DNA of 48,379 nucleotides from a virus (Duplodnaviria; Caudoviricetes): positions 1-48,379 of IMG/VR virus record IMGVR_UViG_3300036794_000032; one strand, written 5' to 3'. A program made the position numbers and the translations under genes. Below are positions 9,994 through 20,004 of this stretch, one piece after another (position 1 is the first letter of the stretch; each line of letters starts with the position of its first letter). The notes below the pieces were generated by a model. That model had not been told where the DNA came from, made no database searches, and saw only the letters and a program-made list of their open reading frames with translations.

Positions 9994-10394
9994 CAGTCCA
10001 CCAGCGGGTCGTACCCGCAGGCACTCCCTGTCATGAATTGAGTGACCGGCGGAAAGCTGTACGACGGCGCAGCAATCAAGTCGATGCCGAGCATCTTGCA
10101 GTGACGCTCGGTGACGAAATCCTTCATGTCCGCATCGGAAAACATCTCCGTGCGGTGCGACGTCGTGTTCTGGAACGACCCGAATCGGTTGAACATGCCG
10201 TACAGCACGACATCCCGGGTTACTTCGAACACCACGAGGGCTGCCGTGGTGTCATCGGGTTGGAGCGTCGGAAGGCGATTCCAGATCCAGTTGGAGGCCA
10301 CCTGCAGTGCATCGGTGGCCACCAACGTCTCAGCGTCGGTCAGGTCTCGAGGAAACCGATCCGCGAAATCTTCGGGGCTGAGAAACGGCAGCAT
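9993..10394 (-). CDS. Head-to-tail adaptor
   Basis: 133 aa starting PFLSPEDF; synteny. Confidence 0.72.
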   Translation of the reverse strand: MLPFLSPEDFADRFPRDLTDAETLVATDALQVASNWIWNRLPTLQPDDTTAALVVFEVTRDVVLYGMFNRFGSFQNTTSHRTEMFSDADMKDFVTERHCKMLGIDLIAAPSYSFPPVTQFMTGSACGYDPLVD

Positions 10395-10397
10395 GGA

Positions 10398-10709
10398 TCA
10401 GACCTGCGCGTCGATGAGCTCCCAGAGCTCGTCCTTGTTCTGCACCTCGAGCTCGTCGCGGTCGTAGCCGCGGCCGGCCAGCCAGTCCACCAACACCGGC
10501 TTGGGCGCAACCTTTTTCGGCTTGCCCTCGTCGGTGAGGTGCTCGTCGACCGCGTCGTTGCCGACGACCTGTTCGACCAGTCCCTCGTCGAGGAAGTGCT
10601 TGGCCTGCTCATCCGACAGCCAGCCGATCGTCGAACCTTCGTAGTGGTAGTGAATCCGGCCTGCCGGATCCTTCGCCAGCACGCAGGCCGAGGTGACGAG
10701 GTAACTCAT
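10398..10709 (-). CDS. Hypothetical head-associated protein
   Basis: ATGA-coupled to the capsid stop; C-terminal K.LVDWL...NKDEL helical motif. Confidence 0.7.
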   Translation of the reverse strand: MSYLVTSACVLAKDPAGRIHYHYEGSTIGWLSDEQAKHFLDEGLVEQVVGNDAVDEHLTDEGKPKKVAPKPVLVDWLAGRGYDRDELEVQNKDELWELIDAQV

Positions 10710-11638
10710 GCTGCCACCCCGGTGATCTTCCACGCCGCGGCCGGCTCACGAACGATCGGCACGGTGATCCGACGGGCCCGCACGAGGTACTGGTCGACCT
10801 TGTCCTCACGGATCGACTTCATCTGGATCCCGTTGTCGTCCCGCAGGTATCCCGGCGCCGGCAGCAGTTCGTCGACGAAGCCACCGAACAGGCTGGAGTC
10901 CAGAATCGTGGCGACACCGTTGGTCGGCAGGTTCGGGCTCGTGATCCAGTTCATGCCGGCGATCTTGGTCCACTGCCCGGTGTAGACGGGGGTGTCGCGG
11001 GCCTCACGCGGAATGAGCAGCGACAGCGTCGGGTCGGAGATCGCGTACGCCCAGGTGGTCAGATCCACCAGAACCGTGTCGGGGTTGTAGCCCTGCTTCA
11101 GGTTCTTGATGCTCTGTACCGCGAGCAGCACGTCACGCAGAATGGCCGGCGTCGAGCCGGTGCCCTTCCACGAGGCGATCGCGGCGGTGCTCTGGGTGAC
11201 CGCCGACGAGATCGCCGACAGCGCGACAGAATCGATCTGCTGCACCATCGAGTTCGCGAGCTTGATGAGAGCCTCGCGGACCGAGTCGATCTGGAAGCGG
11301 TTGATCGCTTCGTCGGTGACCGGCGAGTCCTCGCCCCACTTGACGGTGTTCGCCAGCTGAGCGGTACCCAGGCTGATCGACGTCTGCGGGTACTCACTGC
11401 CGGGGTTGACCGCCGAAGGCGCCTTGTCGGCGTAGATCGTCTCGTTCTGCTGATAGCCGATCGACCCGGATGTAGTGAAGTACTGCCCCGTAAGCAATTT
11501 CGGGGAGATGAACATCTGCTCGGCGATGGTGCGCAACGCCCGCATGAGCCACGGGGTGTTGTTGAGGAACCGATTGACGGATTCAATGTCGCCCGACAAC
11601 GTTGGAGCTGCGGGCGGGAACTGCAAACTGGTAGCCAT
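10706..11638 (-). CDS. Major capsid protein (HK97 fold inferred)
   Basis: 310 aa, V.PG.EYP and KWG motifs, ends VREPAAAWKITGV; synteny. Confidence 0.9.
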   Translation of the reverse strand: MATSLQFPPAAPTLSGDIESVNRFLNNTPWLMRALRTIAEQMFISPKLLTGQYFTTSGSIGYQQNETIYADKAPSAVNPGSEYPQTSISLGTAQLANTVKWGEDSPVTDEAINRFQIDSVREALIKLANSMVQQIDSVALSAISSAVTQSTAAIASWKGTGSTPAILRDVLLAVQSIKNLKQGYNPDTVLVDLTTWAYAISDPTLSLLIPREARDTPVYTGQWTKIAGMNWITSPNLPTNGVATILDSSLFGGFVDELLPAPGYLRDDNGIQMKSIREDKVDQYLVRARRITVPIVREPAAAWKITGVAA

Positions 11639-11676
11639 TAGTTACCTGCTTTCGGGTATAGCTGCGTTTGCAGCGA

Positions 11677-12036
11677 TCAACGGATGAGGATGGTGACGAG
11701 GCTGTTGGCGGCTGCCGACAGCGCCAGGCCGACGACCTGGGCGTAGTTGGTGCCCGACGCGAAGTCCGCGACAGCACCCGAGGCGGCAGCCGCGACATTG
11801 GCGCCGGCGGCGATCGCTCCGGACGCCGCGACGGTGTGAACACCAACGGTGTACACGGTCACCTGAGCACCCGATGCGACGCTCTCGGCGGCAACACCCA
11901 CCCATGCGATCGTCGCGGCCGACGTCGGCGAGACGGTGTTGGCAGCCGAGAGGTAGAGCAGCTGCCCTTCCGTGATGGCCGCGCCCGCGGTGAACGAAAG
12001 CCGCTCACCGGGAAAGAAGTTCGGTGCGTAGCTCAT
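11677..12036 (-). CDS. Capsid decoration/cement protein (DUF2190-like)
   Basis: 119 aa, Ala/Gly/Val-rich, between protease and capsid. Confidence 0.75.
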   Translation of the reverse strand: MSYAPNFFPGERLSFTAGAAITEGQLLYLSAANTVSPTSAATIAWVGVAAESVASGAQVTVYTVGVHTVAASGAIAAGANVAAAASGAVADFASGTNYAQVVGLALSAAANSLVTILIR

Positions 12037-12038
12037 GG

Positions 12039-13313
12039 TCAGTTGCCCTTTCCGAAGGTCGTACCGGTCACTCGGTTGAACACCGACGCCATCTCAGCGT
12101 CAACGCTGTCCTCAGCGGCCACGCCATGCCCGACGCCAGCGACCGCGAGCGCCCGGTTCTCCGGCATCGACGCCAGCAGGTTGCTGATGCCATCGCGGTC
12201 CTTCGACAGCTGGTCACGCCACGACGCGGCGCTGGCCGGCGTGATCTTGCCGTTCTCGAGGGCGTTCTTGATGGTTTGGTCGTCGATCTCACGCAGCTGC
12301 TGCTCACGAACTGCCTTGAGTGACGCCACGTCGGCCACGTGCTGGGCGTAGACCGTCTTGTCGACCACAGTCAGACCAAGCTTGGCGGCGACCGCGGTCA
12401 CCTGATCGGCGCTGAGTTCCTGCGGTGCAGCCGGAGGCGCATCGTCGGACACTGTCTCCGTGGTGGTTTCGTCTTGGTCGGCAGGCTTGACGAGCTTCGC
12501 CTTGACCGCCTCCAAGATCGCCGCGTCGTCGGCCTCGGCGTCGAGGCCGAGTTCCTGCGCGAGGCTTTCATTCAGGGACGCCACGAGTGGCTCCTTTCCT
12601 TGTGTTTCCTCGACCTCGACAGGTTGAGGGGCTTGGGCCCGCGCGGCGATCCGCGGCGCGGGAGCGGCCGAACGGCCGGAGTACCGAAACTTGGAGCGGT
12701 CAAACGACGCTGCGGCCCGCTCGGCGGCTGCGGCGACAGGCGCGTCAGGTTCGATAACCGAATCGGCGAGCCCTGCTTCGACCGCTTCCTCTGCGGTCAA
12801 CCAGGTTTCGGCTTCCATGACACCGAGCCAGTCATCGACGGTGCCTCCGGCGCGCTCGGCGTAGATCGACGCAATGTTCGTCGTCGCCTTCGACAACATG
12901 TCCGCGGTCTTCTGCATGTCAGTCATGTCACCGACGCACATCGCCCACCCGTTGTGCAGCATCATCTGGCTGTTGCGGTTCATCGTGATGGTGTCGCCCC
13001 CCATCGCGATGACGCTGGCGATCGACGCCGCCAACCCATCCACGACGACGTTGATCTGAGCGTCATGGCCGCGCAGCGCGTTGAGAATGGCGATGCCGTC
13101 GAACACGTCGCCGCCGACCGAGTTGATCCGCACCGTGATCTGCGGTGCGTCGATCTTCGCAAGGTCACGCACGAAATCGCCTGCAGCGATGCCGAACCAG
13201 GAGTCGATCTCGTCGTAGATCAGGATCTCAGCCGGGCCTTCGTCTTCCTTGGCGGCGTTCTTGATCTGGTACCAGCGCCGCCGATCGGCAGCACCGCTTG
13301 GTTGGTTCACCAC
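12039..13313 (-). CDS. ClpP-type capsid maturation protease fused to scaffold region
   Basis: INSVGGDVFDG, VDGLAASIASVI, MLHN and ETWLTAEEA motifs; acidic helical C-terminus. Confidence 0.9.
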   Translation of the reverse strand: MVNQPSGAADRRRWYQIKNAAKEDEGPAEILIYDEIDSWFGIAAGDFVRDLAKIDAPQITVRINSVGGDVFDGIAILNALRGHDAQINVVVDGLAASIASVIAMGGDTITMNRNSQMMLHNGWAMCVGDMTDMQKTADMLSKATTNIASIYAERAGGTVDDWLGVMEAETWLTAEEAVEAGLADSVIEPDAPVAAAAERAAASFDRSKFRYSGRSAAPAPRIAARAQAPQPVEVEETQGKEPLVASLNESLAQELGLDAEADDAAILEAVKAKLVKPADQDETTTETVSDDAPPAAPQELSADQVTAVAAKLGLTVVDKTVYAQHVADVASLKAVREQQLREIDDQTIKNALENGKITPASAASWRDQLSKDRDGISNLLASMPENRALAVAGVGHGVAAEDSVDAEMASVFNRVTGTTFGKGN

Positions 13314-14716
13314 AGTCTCATCGCTCCGTCCGGTGTCTTGCGTCGGTCGCGCGGGCTGCGACCACGGGCCCGAGCCTGCGCAGCAGCGACTTTCACGTTC
13401 TCCGTCACGTCATCTGGGTTATCCGGCCGCTCGGCGTCCGGGTCCGGCGCCGGCAGCCCCGACGCCTGCCTAATCGCGGCCTCAAGACGCCGATCTGGGG
13501 TGATAAGACCAGCCAGCGCAAGCAGATTCAACGCCGCCGCGGTCGCATCCTGCTGCGAACCGATCTCATCGAAAGTCAGCATCGGCACCGGCTCATCGGG
13601 CCCGTAGTTGACCAGCACGAGGTCTTCGACAATCGCCGCCTGCGCCGTGTCGCGCATGTCGCCGGCCACCGTCTGCACCGACTGGGTGAACGTGTCCGCC
13701 TGGACGTTGGCCAGCGCGTAGCTGCCGCCTTTGCCGTCCAGGTTCAGGAAGTGCGCGAGCGCGACGAGCCCGATCTGGCGGTCGTGGTAGTCGATCGGGG
13801 CCTGCAGATCAGGCGGATTGCCCTCGACGCCATAGATTTTGAATGATGCGCCCGCCGGGATTGAGAATCCCGAGGTTTCACCGCCGCGGTAGCCCGATGC
13901 CATGATCTGGTACTCGTTGAGGCGGTCCTGGTTGTCGGATTCTTCCTCCGACGCTGTGAAACCCGGAACACCGATACCGAGTCGCCGGTCGGCGGCCGCC
14001 TGGATCCGCATGTGCTCGTCTTTGAGCTTCCAGTGCTTCCACGCGGGCCGCAGCAGGCTATTTCCCCACGGCACACCGGCATCCGGCTCATTCAGGTACA
14101 CCACGAGCCGATCTGCGGTGATTGCGCTCGACGATTCATCGCCGCCGACCACCGTGAACCCGCCGCCAGCGAAAGCACCGGCCGCCCACTGCAAAACCGA
14201 CACCAGATCGCCGTTCCGGGCGACATTCCAGTACCCGATCGTGGCGGCCGGGCGCGGTGCCACCCGATCGATGTGCGCCATACCGTCCGCGCCGATCCGA
14301 TACCACCGCTCGAACACCGAATGCCCGAACTTCAGGTGCAAAAGCGCCTGCTGCAGGTGCTGCTGCCATGAGAACCGGCCGCGTAAAGGAGCTTTCGGCT
14401 CGTCGTTGTCGTCGGCGCCGACGATCGGCAGCCCTAGATCGCGGGCGACGAGCTCGACGACTTCCTTGCGGGCCCCGTTCGGGTCGATCCGCCACGGCGT
14501 TCGCCGAATCGGCAGACCGACCGCCCGCAGCACCGACGACACCCGGGCATCGCCGCGGGCCATCTTCGCGTAAGTCTGGACCGACTGCGGCCACATCAGG
14601 GCCGGGTTGTCTTCGAAGACGTCGAACAGGCCGTAGGCGTTCTCCCAGCCGCTGAACCCGTTGACGAATCCCTTTTCACCGACCGGAGCGGCCTTCTTAG
14701 TCTTGGTCTCAGCCAT
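13307..14716 (-). CDS. Portal protein (DUF935-like)
   Basis: About 469 aa after the terminase; FGHSVFE, GNSLLRP and GGSYALA motifs. Confidence 0.88.
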   Translation of the reverse strand: MAETKTKKAAPVGEKGFVNGFSGWENAYGLFDVFEDNPALMWPQSVQTYAKMARGDARVSSVLRAVGLPIRRTPWRIDPNGARKEVVELVARDLGLPIVGADDNDEPKAPLRGRFSWQQHLQQALLHLKFGHSVFERWYRIGADGMAHIDRVAPRPAATIGYWNVARNGDLVSVLQWAAGAFAGGGFTVVGGDESSSAITADRLVVYLNEPDAGVPWGNSLLRPAWKHWKLKDEHMRIQAAADRRLGIGVPGFTASEEESDNQDRLNEYQIMASGYRGGETSGFSIPAGASFKIYGVEGNPPDLQAPIDYHDRQIGLVALAHFLNLDGKGGSYALANVQADTFTQSVQTVAGDMRDTAQAAIVEDLVLVNYGPDEPVPMLTFDEIGSQQDATAAALNLLALAGLITPDRRLEAAIRQASGLPAPDPDAERPDNPDDVTENVKVAAAQARARGRSPRDRRKTPDGAMRLW

Positions 14717-14747
14717 CAGACAGCGCACCCCTTTCGGTCACGTTGGT

Positions 14748-16343
14748 TCAGAAAGACATCTCCATCACGTTCAAGTCGTCGCCGGCGGCGCGCGAACGCG
14801 CAGCACCACCAACTGGTTTGGCCGGCGGCTTTTTCGGGGTCGTGCTGAACGTCTGCAGCGCCCAGTGCGCCAGCGTGGCGGCATCGAGATGCGCAGACGA
14901 CGAATCAGCGTCCAGATCCCACACGAACCGGCCGCCGGACAGCTCCCGCTTGACCGCCGACGCCACCGCGGTGTCCAGCAGCGGCTGACCGGGGTGTGAC
15001 AGCGAGCCTTCGAGCGCGCCGTTGAGGAAACCGCCGCACGCCGCCTGCACCATCGTCGAGTTCGCCACCACGGGCTCGATCCCGGCCTTCGTCAGCGCCG
15101 GAACAGCTTCCATCGCCGACGACTGGTGATTGATCACCACCGCGACGGGATCCCAGGCCTGCACGACTGCGGTCACCGCCGCCACGACGTCGGTCAGCGA
15201 CGTCGCCCTGCTGTAGCCGAGCTCGAGGTACACCCGGTTGCCGTTGCGCTGGCCGGCGCCGATCACCCACGTGCGCCGATCAGGCGAGCGGCCCAGTGCG
15301 ATCGCCGTCTGTCCAGTCAGTTTCGGTGTCTCATCACGCATAGCCGACCAGCCGTCCTCGTCGAACACCGCATGAAAATCCGTCTCCGGCGGCGGGTAGT
15401 CGCCGCGGCCGAGGTAGTCCGCCGCGAACAACGCCTTCTGCGCCGCCGTCTTCGCCTTCTGTAGCTTCGTGCGGATCTCGCGCTCATTGGTAGCCACGCC
15501 GTACGACGGCTGCGCCAGCCGCCACGTCTCCGGCTCGTCGCCCGGAGCGCCCGGGGGCGCCGCGAACAACTGATAAAACAGATCCGGCGCGCCGGTCATA
15601 CCAACTCGATGCAGCTCGGCGAGCACCTGGCAGTTCGGGTGCACGTCCTTCACCGGCGGCGTAGAAAAGTACAGCGTCAGCGGGTTCTGCGCCGCCGACT
15701 GCGCACCGGTGAGGTTGGCTTCCTCGGCCGCGATGATGTCGTAAGCCTCGTCGTTGATCACCAGGTCGACCTCGGTGTAACCACGGCCGAAGTCCTGCGA
15801 CCGCGGCCCGAACTCGGCCATCGCGCCGTTGGTCAGTCGGATCACACCGCGGTTACCGGCCTTCGACGGTTTCTCGGCCAGCCGCTTGCGCAGCGACGGA
15901 ACCCGATCGATCACCGTCCAGACCCGGTTGAAGACGTCGAGCGCCGTCGACCACCGCTGCGCCGTGTAGACGATCCGCTTCATGTTCAGCACAAACAGGC
16001 AGAACAGGATCAGCAGCACAATGATCAGCGTCTTGCCCTGCTGCCGCGTGCACTCCACCACGCCATCGCGATGCGTGAACAGACGCTCGCCCCACTCGTT
16101 CGCCGGGCGCAGCGACAAGATCCCGCGGATCGTCTGCCACTCCCACGGCATGCACCGCAACCCGATCCGCCGGCCGAACTCGGCGCACTTGTCGCCCAGT
16201 GACTCATCACCGGGAAACCGTGACTCGAACTCCGGCTCCTGGCGGCCAGTCAGCCGCGGCCACGTGCCGATGAAATCCGGGTAAGGCCCGAGCTTCAGCT
16301 GGTCGTCAGAGGCCAGCAGTGACGTCGGGCTCATCGGGATCAT
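14748..16343 (-). CDS. terL: Terminase large subunit
   Basis: Walker A RQQGKT, Walker B VINDEA, STP coupling motif. Confidence 0.93.
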   Translation of the reverse strand: MIPMSPTSLLASDDQLKLGPYPDFIGTWPRLTGRQEPEFESRFPGDESLGDKCAEFGRRIGLRCMPWEWQTIRGILSLRPANEWGERLFTHRDGVVECTRQQGKTLIIVLLILFCLFVLNMKRIVYTAQRWSTALDVFNRVWTVIDRVPSLRKRLAEKPSKAGNRGVIRLTNGAMAEFGPRSQDFGRGYTEVDLVINDEAYDIIAAEEANLTGAQSAAQNPLTLYFSTPPVKDVHPNCQVLAELHRVGMTGAPDLFYQLFAAPPGAPGDEPETWRLAQPSYGVATNEREIRTKLQKAKTAAQKALFAADYLGRGDYPPPETDFHAVFDEDGWSAMRDETPKLTGQTAIALGRSPDRRTWVIGAGQRNGNRVYLELGYSRATSLTDVVAAVTAVVQAWDPVAVVINHQSSAMEAVPALTKAGIEPVVANSTMVQAACGGFLNGALEGSLSHPGQPLLDTAVASAVKRELSGGRFVWDLDADSSSAHLDAATLAHWALQTFSTTPKKPPAKPVGGAARSRAAGDDLNVMEMSF

Positions 16344-16647
16344 CCGGCATCGAGGCGCGCTGCGCGTGGATCGTCGACAACAGCTTGCGTAGCTGCTCAG
16401 TGAACTGGCGGTGCTGAATCAACACGTTCGTCACCACCACCTCCACCGTCTTCGCGCCGATCTTCACCTCAAGCCACGACGACCGATCGCCGTTGAGCAG
16501 CTGATGCGAACGCTCGAGGTAATCAGCGATATGGCCGGCCTGCTCGATCAGGAACTGCAGCGAGTACGGGTCGTCATCACGGCTGAGCTCGTTGACCAGA
16601 CGCTGACCAGCCAACACAACCGGCGGTTTCCGCCGACGCGCAGCCAT
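16306..16647 (-). CDS. terS: Terminase small subunit
   Basis: 113 aa immediately upstream of and overlapping terL. Confidence 0.75.
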   Translation of the reverse strand: MAARRRKPPVVLAGQRLVNELSRDDDPYSLQFLIEQAGHIADYLERSHQLLNGDRSSWLEVKIGAKTVEVVVTNVLIQHRQFTEQLRKLLSTIHAQRASMPDDPDEPDVTAGL

Positions 16648-16734
16648 CTACCTGCGAAAACCGTTGAAACGCAAGGCATTCCGACGATTCAACCGACGCG
16701 AAACCCGTTGCGCCACAAGCATTCCCACACCGAC

Positions 16735-16830
16735 CGGAAAAATTTCGGTGGTCGAAAAAAAAAGATTGACCAGCGCGTCAGGCGTGTTGCCCCACCCCCC
16801 CTCCGATATTTTCGGGGGGGTCGGGCTGCC
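16735..16830. other. Probable genome-end (cos) region
   Basis: Non-coding gap between HNH and terS with A9, C7 and G7 runs; strand composition changes here. The exact cut site cannot be identified. Confidence 0.45.
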
Positions 16831-16895
16831 GCCTGGCTGCCCTGCTGAGCGACGTTCGGCGTTGGGTGTGTGTGCGGCGGCGTGCTGCGTCTGTG

Positions 16896-17279
16896 TCATA
16901 TGGGCCAGTTCATGGCGCGTGGTTGCAGCCCGTCGCCGTTGGTCGGTGCTCCGGCGAGCATGAGTCCGGCGCCTTTGCGCATGTTGCAGATGCCGTGGAG
17001 GAGTTGGTTGGGGAGTGGGATGGGCAGTCCCTTGCGGATGCATTCGGCTCGGCTGATCTCTCCGTGGTCGGCGTGGAGTTTGCCGCTGTTGGGGCCTCCG
17101 TCTGGGTCGTAGTCCCAGTTGCGGGTGGGCTCGCTCCACATTGGTTCCCCGCACTCTGTGCAGGGTGAGCCGTCCTTGCGTGTGCGGTGGTCGTCGTGGA
17201 GTGCCTTGGCTGCTTGCTGGTGGCGCCAGCCGAGGCCTTTCTGGGTTGTGGTTCGTTTGGTTCGAGCGGCTGGTGGCAT
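16896..17279 (-). CDS. HNH endonuclease (packaging-associated)
   Basis: TTTQKGLGWRHQ, CxxC, LHADH and LLHGICN motifs; adjacent to terminase. Confidence 0.85.
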   Translation of the reverse strand: MPPAARTKRTTTQKGLGWRHQQAAKALHDDHRTRKDGSPCTECGEPMWSEPTRNWDYDPDGGPNSGKLHADHGEISRAECIRKGLPIPLPNQLLHGICNMRKGAGLMLAGAPTNGDGLQPRAMNWPI

Positions 17280-17515
17280 CAGAGGTCTGGGATGCCTGGG
17301 TTGTCGTTGGCCCAGCCGGGCATGACGTCGGGTCCGTCTTCGTCGTGCTCATGCTCGGGTGGGGCCGGCGTGTAGGTGGCCTCGAGCTTGAGGGTGCCGT
17401 CGGATCCATTGGTGATGGTCACCGATGTCACTGTTTCGGCGAAGATCATCCGCGGCCCGTAGCTGATGCGTAGCCGGTGGGGATGGTTGTCGGGGTTGGG
17501 GCTGCTCTGCGTCAT
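17279..17515 (-). CDS. Hypothetical protein
   Basis: ATGA-coupled start at 17515 (MTQSSPNPD...). Confidence 0.6.
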   Translation of the reverse strand: MTQSSPNPDNHPHRLRISYGPRMIFAETVTSVTITNGSDGTLKLEATYTPAPPEHEHDEDGPDVMPGWANDNPGIPDL

Positions 17516-18357
17516 GGGGAGGTGGGTAGCAGTGGGGCGGGGATGAGGTAGGTGCGCTTGGGTGATGGGGTGGTGTATCGCTTGACGGAGCCGGCAGCGG
17601 TGATGTCGAAGCCGAAGTCGGTGGCGGCGTTTCCGATGACGGGTGCTGGTGTCAGTGGGATGCCGATGGCGGCCCATGCGGCGGTGGATGGTTGCGTCGC
17701 GGTGCCGGTGATGCTGGTGGCGCCGGGGCTGTCGCCGACTAGGAGCTCGCCGCCGAGCGGTGGGGATGCGAGTGGTGAGGTGAGCAGGCCGAGTAGGTAG
17801 GCGATGCCGTTTGGTGCGCCGGATACTGCGGACAGGGTGTTGTGGTTGTAGCCGGTGAACAGGTTCGGTGTGCGTACGGCGTGGGCGGTGAGGACTCGGC
17901 AGGCGGGGGTTGAGGATGGCACGGTGACGCTGTTGGCTGTTGCGGCGCCTGCGGTGTCTCCGGTGACGGGGACTGGTGTTCCGGTGGCCAGGACTCCGGA
18001 TTCGGTGACGCAGATGGCCATGATCCAGAATCCGGCGATTTGTGCGGTGAGGCCGCTGGCGGTGACTCCCCAGGTCTGTTTCCCGGTCAGGGGGGAGTTC
18101 AGGGCGAACGCGGCGAGCGCGTTCTGGTTGGATCCGAACATGACGGGTGAGCCGAGCGCGGTGGCGCTGGCGCCGGCGTATTCGGCTGTCAGGGTGGCGG
18201 CGCTGACGTTGTTGTTGCCCATCAGGTAGGCGAATATGTAGGCCTTGACGCCGGTGGATTGGGCGTTGACGGTGGCTTGTTGGGTGACGGTGCCTGTTGT
18301 TGCGGAGGCTCCGAAGTCGCCGATGATGAGGCTGGAGTTGTCGAGCAGGACGGGCAT
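17512..18357 (-). CDS. Putative virion fibre/minor-tail-like protein
   Basis: Start 18357 overlaps the upstream TAA; 281 aa Ala/Thr/Gly/Ser-rich beta-type sequence. Confidence 0.6.
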   Translation of the reverse strand: MPVLLDNSSLIIGDFGASATTGTVTQQATVNAQSTGVKAYIFAYLMGNNNVSAATLTAEYAGASATALGSPVMFGSNQNALAAFALNSPLTGKQTWGVTASGLTAQIAGFWIMAICVTESGVLATGTPVPVTGDTAGAATANSVTVPSSTPACRVLTAHAVRTPNLFTGYNHNTLSAVSGAPNGIAYLLGLLTSPLASPPLGGELLVGDSPGATSITGTATQPSTAAWAAIGIPLTPAPVIGNAATDFGFDITAAGSVKRYTTPSPKRTYLIPAPLLPTSP

Positions 18358-18770
18358 TAGTCGCTGGCCATCCCGACGGCGTTCATGACGAATCCGGCGA
18401 GCGCGAACTGGTCGCCGGCCGCGACGGGGCGTGGTGCTTGGAGTGTGCCGGAGAGTAGGAAGTTGCCGGTGCCGGGTGCTTGGGCGTCCCATCCGGAGAT
18501 CGCGAGAATGGGGCTGGTTTCGGTGTAGGCGATGGGCCAGACGGGTGGTATGCCGGTGAAGTTGAATGAGCCGGCCGCGGCGGGCGCGAATGTGGCGGGG
18601 ACGCGCAGGGTGGTTTGTGAGACGCCGTTGGTGCCTTCGCCGCCCGGGATGAGCAGGTGGAGTTGCCAGTAGACCTGGGGGACGACGAATGGCACGTTTC
18701 CGAGGGTGTTGAGCCATTGGTCGATGAGGTATTGGCTGGGTCCGGTGGCCAGGGTGGGGGATGTGGTCAT
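18357..18770 (-). CDS. Putative small tail-fibre/minor tail protein
   Basis: QLH..PG.EGT...SGWDA...GNFLLSG.L...V.AGD pattern typical of small actinophage tail proteins. Confidence 0.65.
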   Translation of the reverse strand: MTTSPTLATGPSQYLIDQWLNTLGNVPFVVPQVYWQLHLLIPGGEGTNGVSQTTLRVPATFAPAAAGSFNFTGIPPVWPIAYTETSPILAISGWDAQAPGTGNFLLSGTLQAPRPVAAGDQFALAGFVMNAVGMASD

Positions 18771-19114
18771 CAGTTCGGCCCGCAGGTGATTTTGAATGTG
18801 CGCTGCATTTCGCGTCCTTCGTTTGTGGTGATTTGGACGACGATGCTGTCGGTTTCGCCGTAGGAGCCGCCTTGGATCCAGGCGGTGGTGAAGTTGTGGA
18901 GTTCGTTGTTGACGATGTCGGTGGAGAGGATCGTCAGGGGGGATCCTGTGGCGATGATGTAGTTGACGGCGATGATGCTGTCGCCGTCGTCGATCCAGTT
19001 GGCCCAGTCGAGGGTGAAGTCTTCGATGTCGAAGGCGTCTTTTTTCCAGTTCGGCATGGAGATGCCGTCGGCGGCGGCGAAGAGGGTGGGGTTTGTGGTG
19101 GTGAGGGTTGCCAT
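18770..19114 (-). CDS. Putative fibre-tail adaptor protein
   Basis: KD...DFTLDW.NW..GD.I...WIQGG..G...V.ITT.EGR...RT pattern; RBS GAGAGGAG. Confidence 0.62.
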   Translation of the reverse strand: MATLTTTNPTLFAAADGISMPNWKKDAFDIEDFTLDWANWIDDGDSIIAVNYIIATGSPLTILSTDIVNNELHNFTTAWIQGGSYGETDSIVVQITTNEGREMQRTFKITCGPN

Positions 19115-19130
19115 GGCGTCTCCTCTCGGT

Positions 19131-19388
19131 TTAGCCGGGTTGGACGTCGTCGACGATGTCGACCTGCGTGATGTCGGCGTGCAGGGTGAATCCGTCGGGT
19201 CGTGTTTCGACGCGGACCGTGGTGCCGAATTGGGGCCTGCTGAGTTGCTCTTGCAGCGTTTTCGCCATCAGCGCGAGCATCATGGCGACCCGGTGGCGGG
19301 GTAGTCGCGCGTTGGGGTTGATGTCGCCGATGTACTGGTGGAGTTCGTCGGGGATCATCTTCGGCGGCGGCCGAAACGCGCCGGTCAC
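19131..19388 (-). CDS. Hypothetical protein
   Basis: GTGA-coupled start within ORF 19131..19448. Confidence 0.5.
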   Translation of the reverse strand: MTGAFRPPPKMIPDELHQYIGDINPNARLPRHRVAMMLALMAKTLQEQLSRPQFGTTVRVETRPDGFTLHADITQVDIVDDVQPG

Positions 19389-19499
19389 TTGGCGAACTCC
19401 GCAAATGTCGATTCGTCGAACCACGTTTGCACGTCGATGTCGTCGCAAATGATGACTTTGGCGCCGAACATCGTGTATGGCTCGGGCTGATGGTCGCGG

Positions 19500-19910
19500 T
19501 CACACATTGGTCAATCCGTGTCCGCTGTCGCAGTCTGCGGTGAGCTGGCCGACCATGGCGACCAAGTTTTCGGGGCTGATCCGTATGTGCGGCGCGTTGG
19601 CGATGTTGAGTCGCAGGAGTCGGGTGTTGCAGAGCGCGCAGTGGATTTCGGCGATCCGCGGCGTCGGCGCGGGACCGGGCGCGGGTTCAGCCACGGGCGG
19701 TTCGTCGCCGAAGGTGATCGTTCCGCCGTTCTGCTCGATCAGGTTGACGATGGAGTCGCCGATTTCCTGGGCGCCGCGGGTGATCTGCTTGACGAGGCCT
19801 TCGGGTTTCGCGGTGGTTGAGTAGCCGGCGAGTTTGCGTGGTTGGCCGTCGGGGTGTGGGAGCGCGGGGAGGTTTTCGGCGATGAGCGTCGATGCGTGGG
19901 CGTTTGGCAT
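19500..19910 (-). CDS. Hypothetical protein with CxxC motif
   Basis: 136 aa, RBS GAGGGG, first gene after the putative late promoter. Confidence 0.65.
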   Translation of the reverse strand: MPNAHASTLIAENLPALPHPDGQPRKLAGYSTTAKPEGLVKQITRGAQEIGDSIVNLIEQNGGTITFGDEPPVAEPAPGPAPTPRIAEIHCALCNTRLLRLNIANAPHIRISPENLVAMVGQLTADCDSGHGLTNV

Positions 19911-19950
19911 GGCTTTTCCCCTCGGGCTGGATGGGGGCTTGGAAATGACG

Positions 19951-19976
19951 AAACCCCCACGTGAGCGGGGGTTTTT
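19951..19976. terminator. Intrinsic terminator-like hairpin, possibly bidirectional
   Basis: Minus strand reads AAAAACCCCCGC-TCAC-GTGGGGGTTTCG. Confidence 0.55.
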
Positions 19977-20004
19977 CAGGCAGCGTCTACCACTGACAAG
20001 TCGA

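Noticed and set aside
350-13846. Many long plus-strand ORFs opposite the structural genes
   Set aside because: These are typical antisense shadows of high-GC coding DNA, with no motifs or RBS support and full overlap with well-supported minus-strand genes.
19985-20000. TTGTCAGTG as a PafBC/RecA-NDp DNA-damage promoter
   Set aside because: There is no TANNNT at the expected distance downstream.
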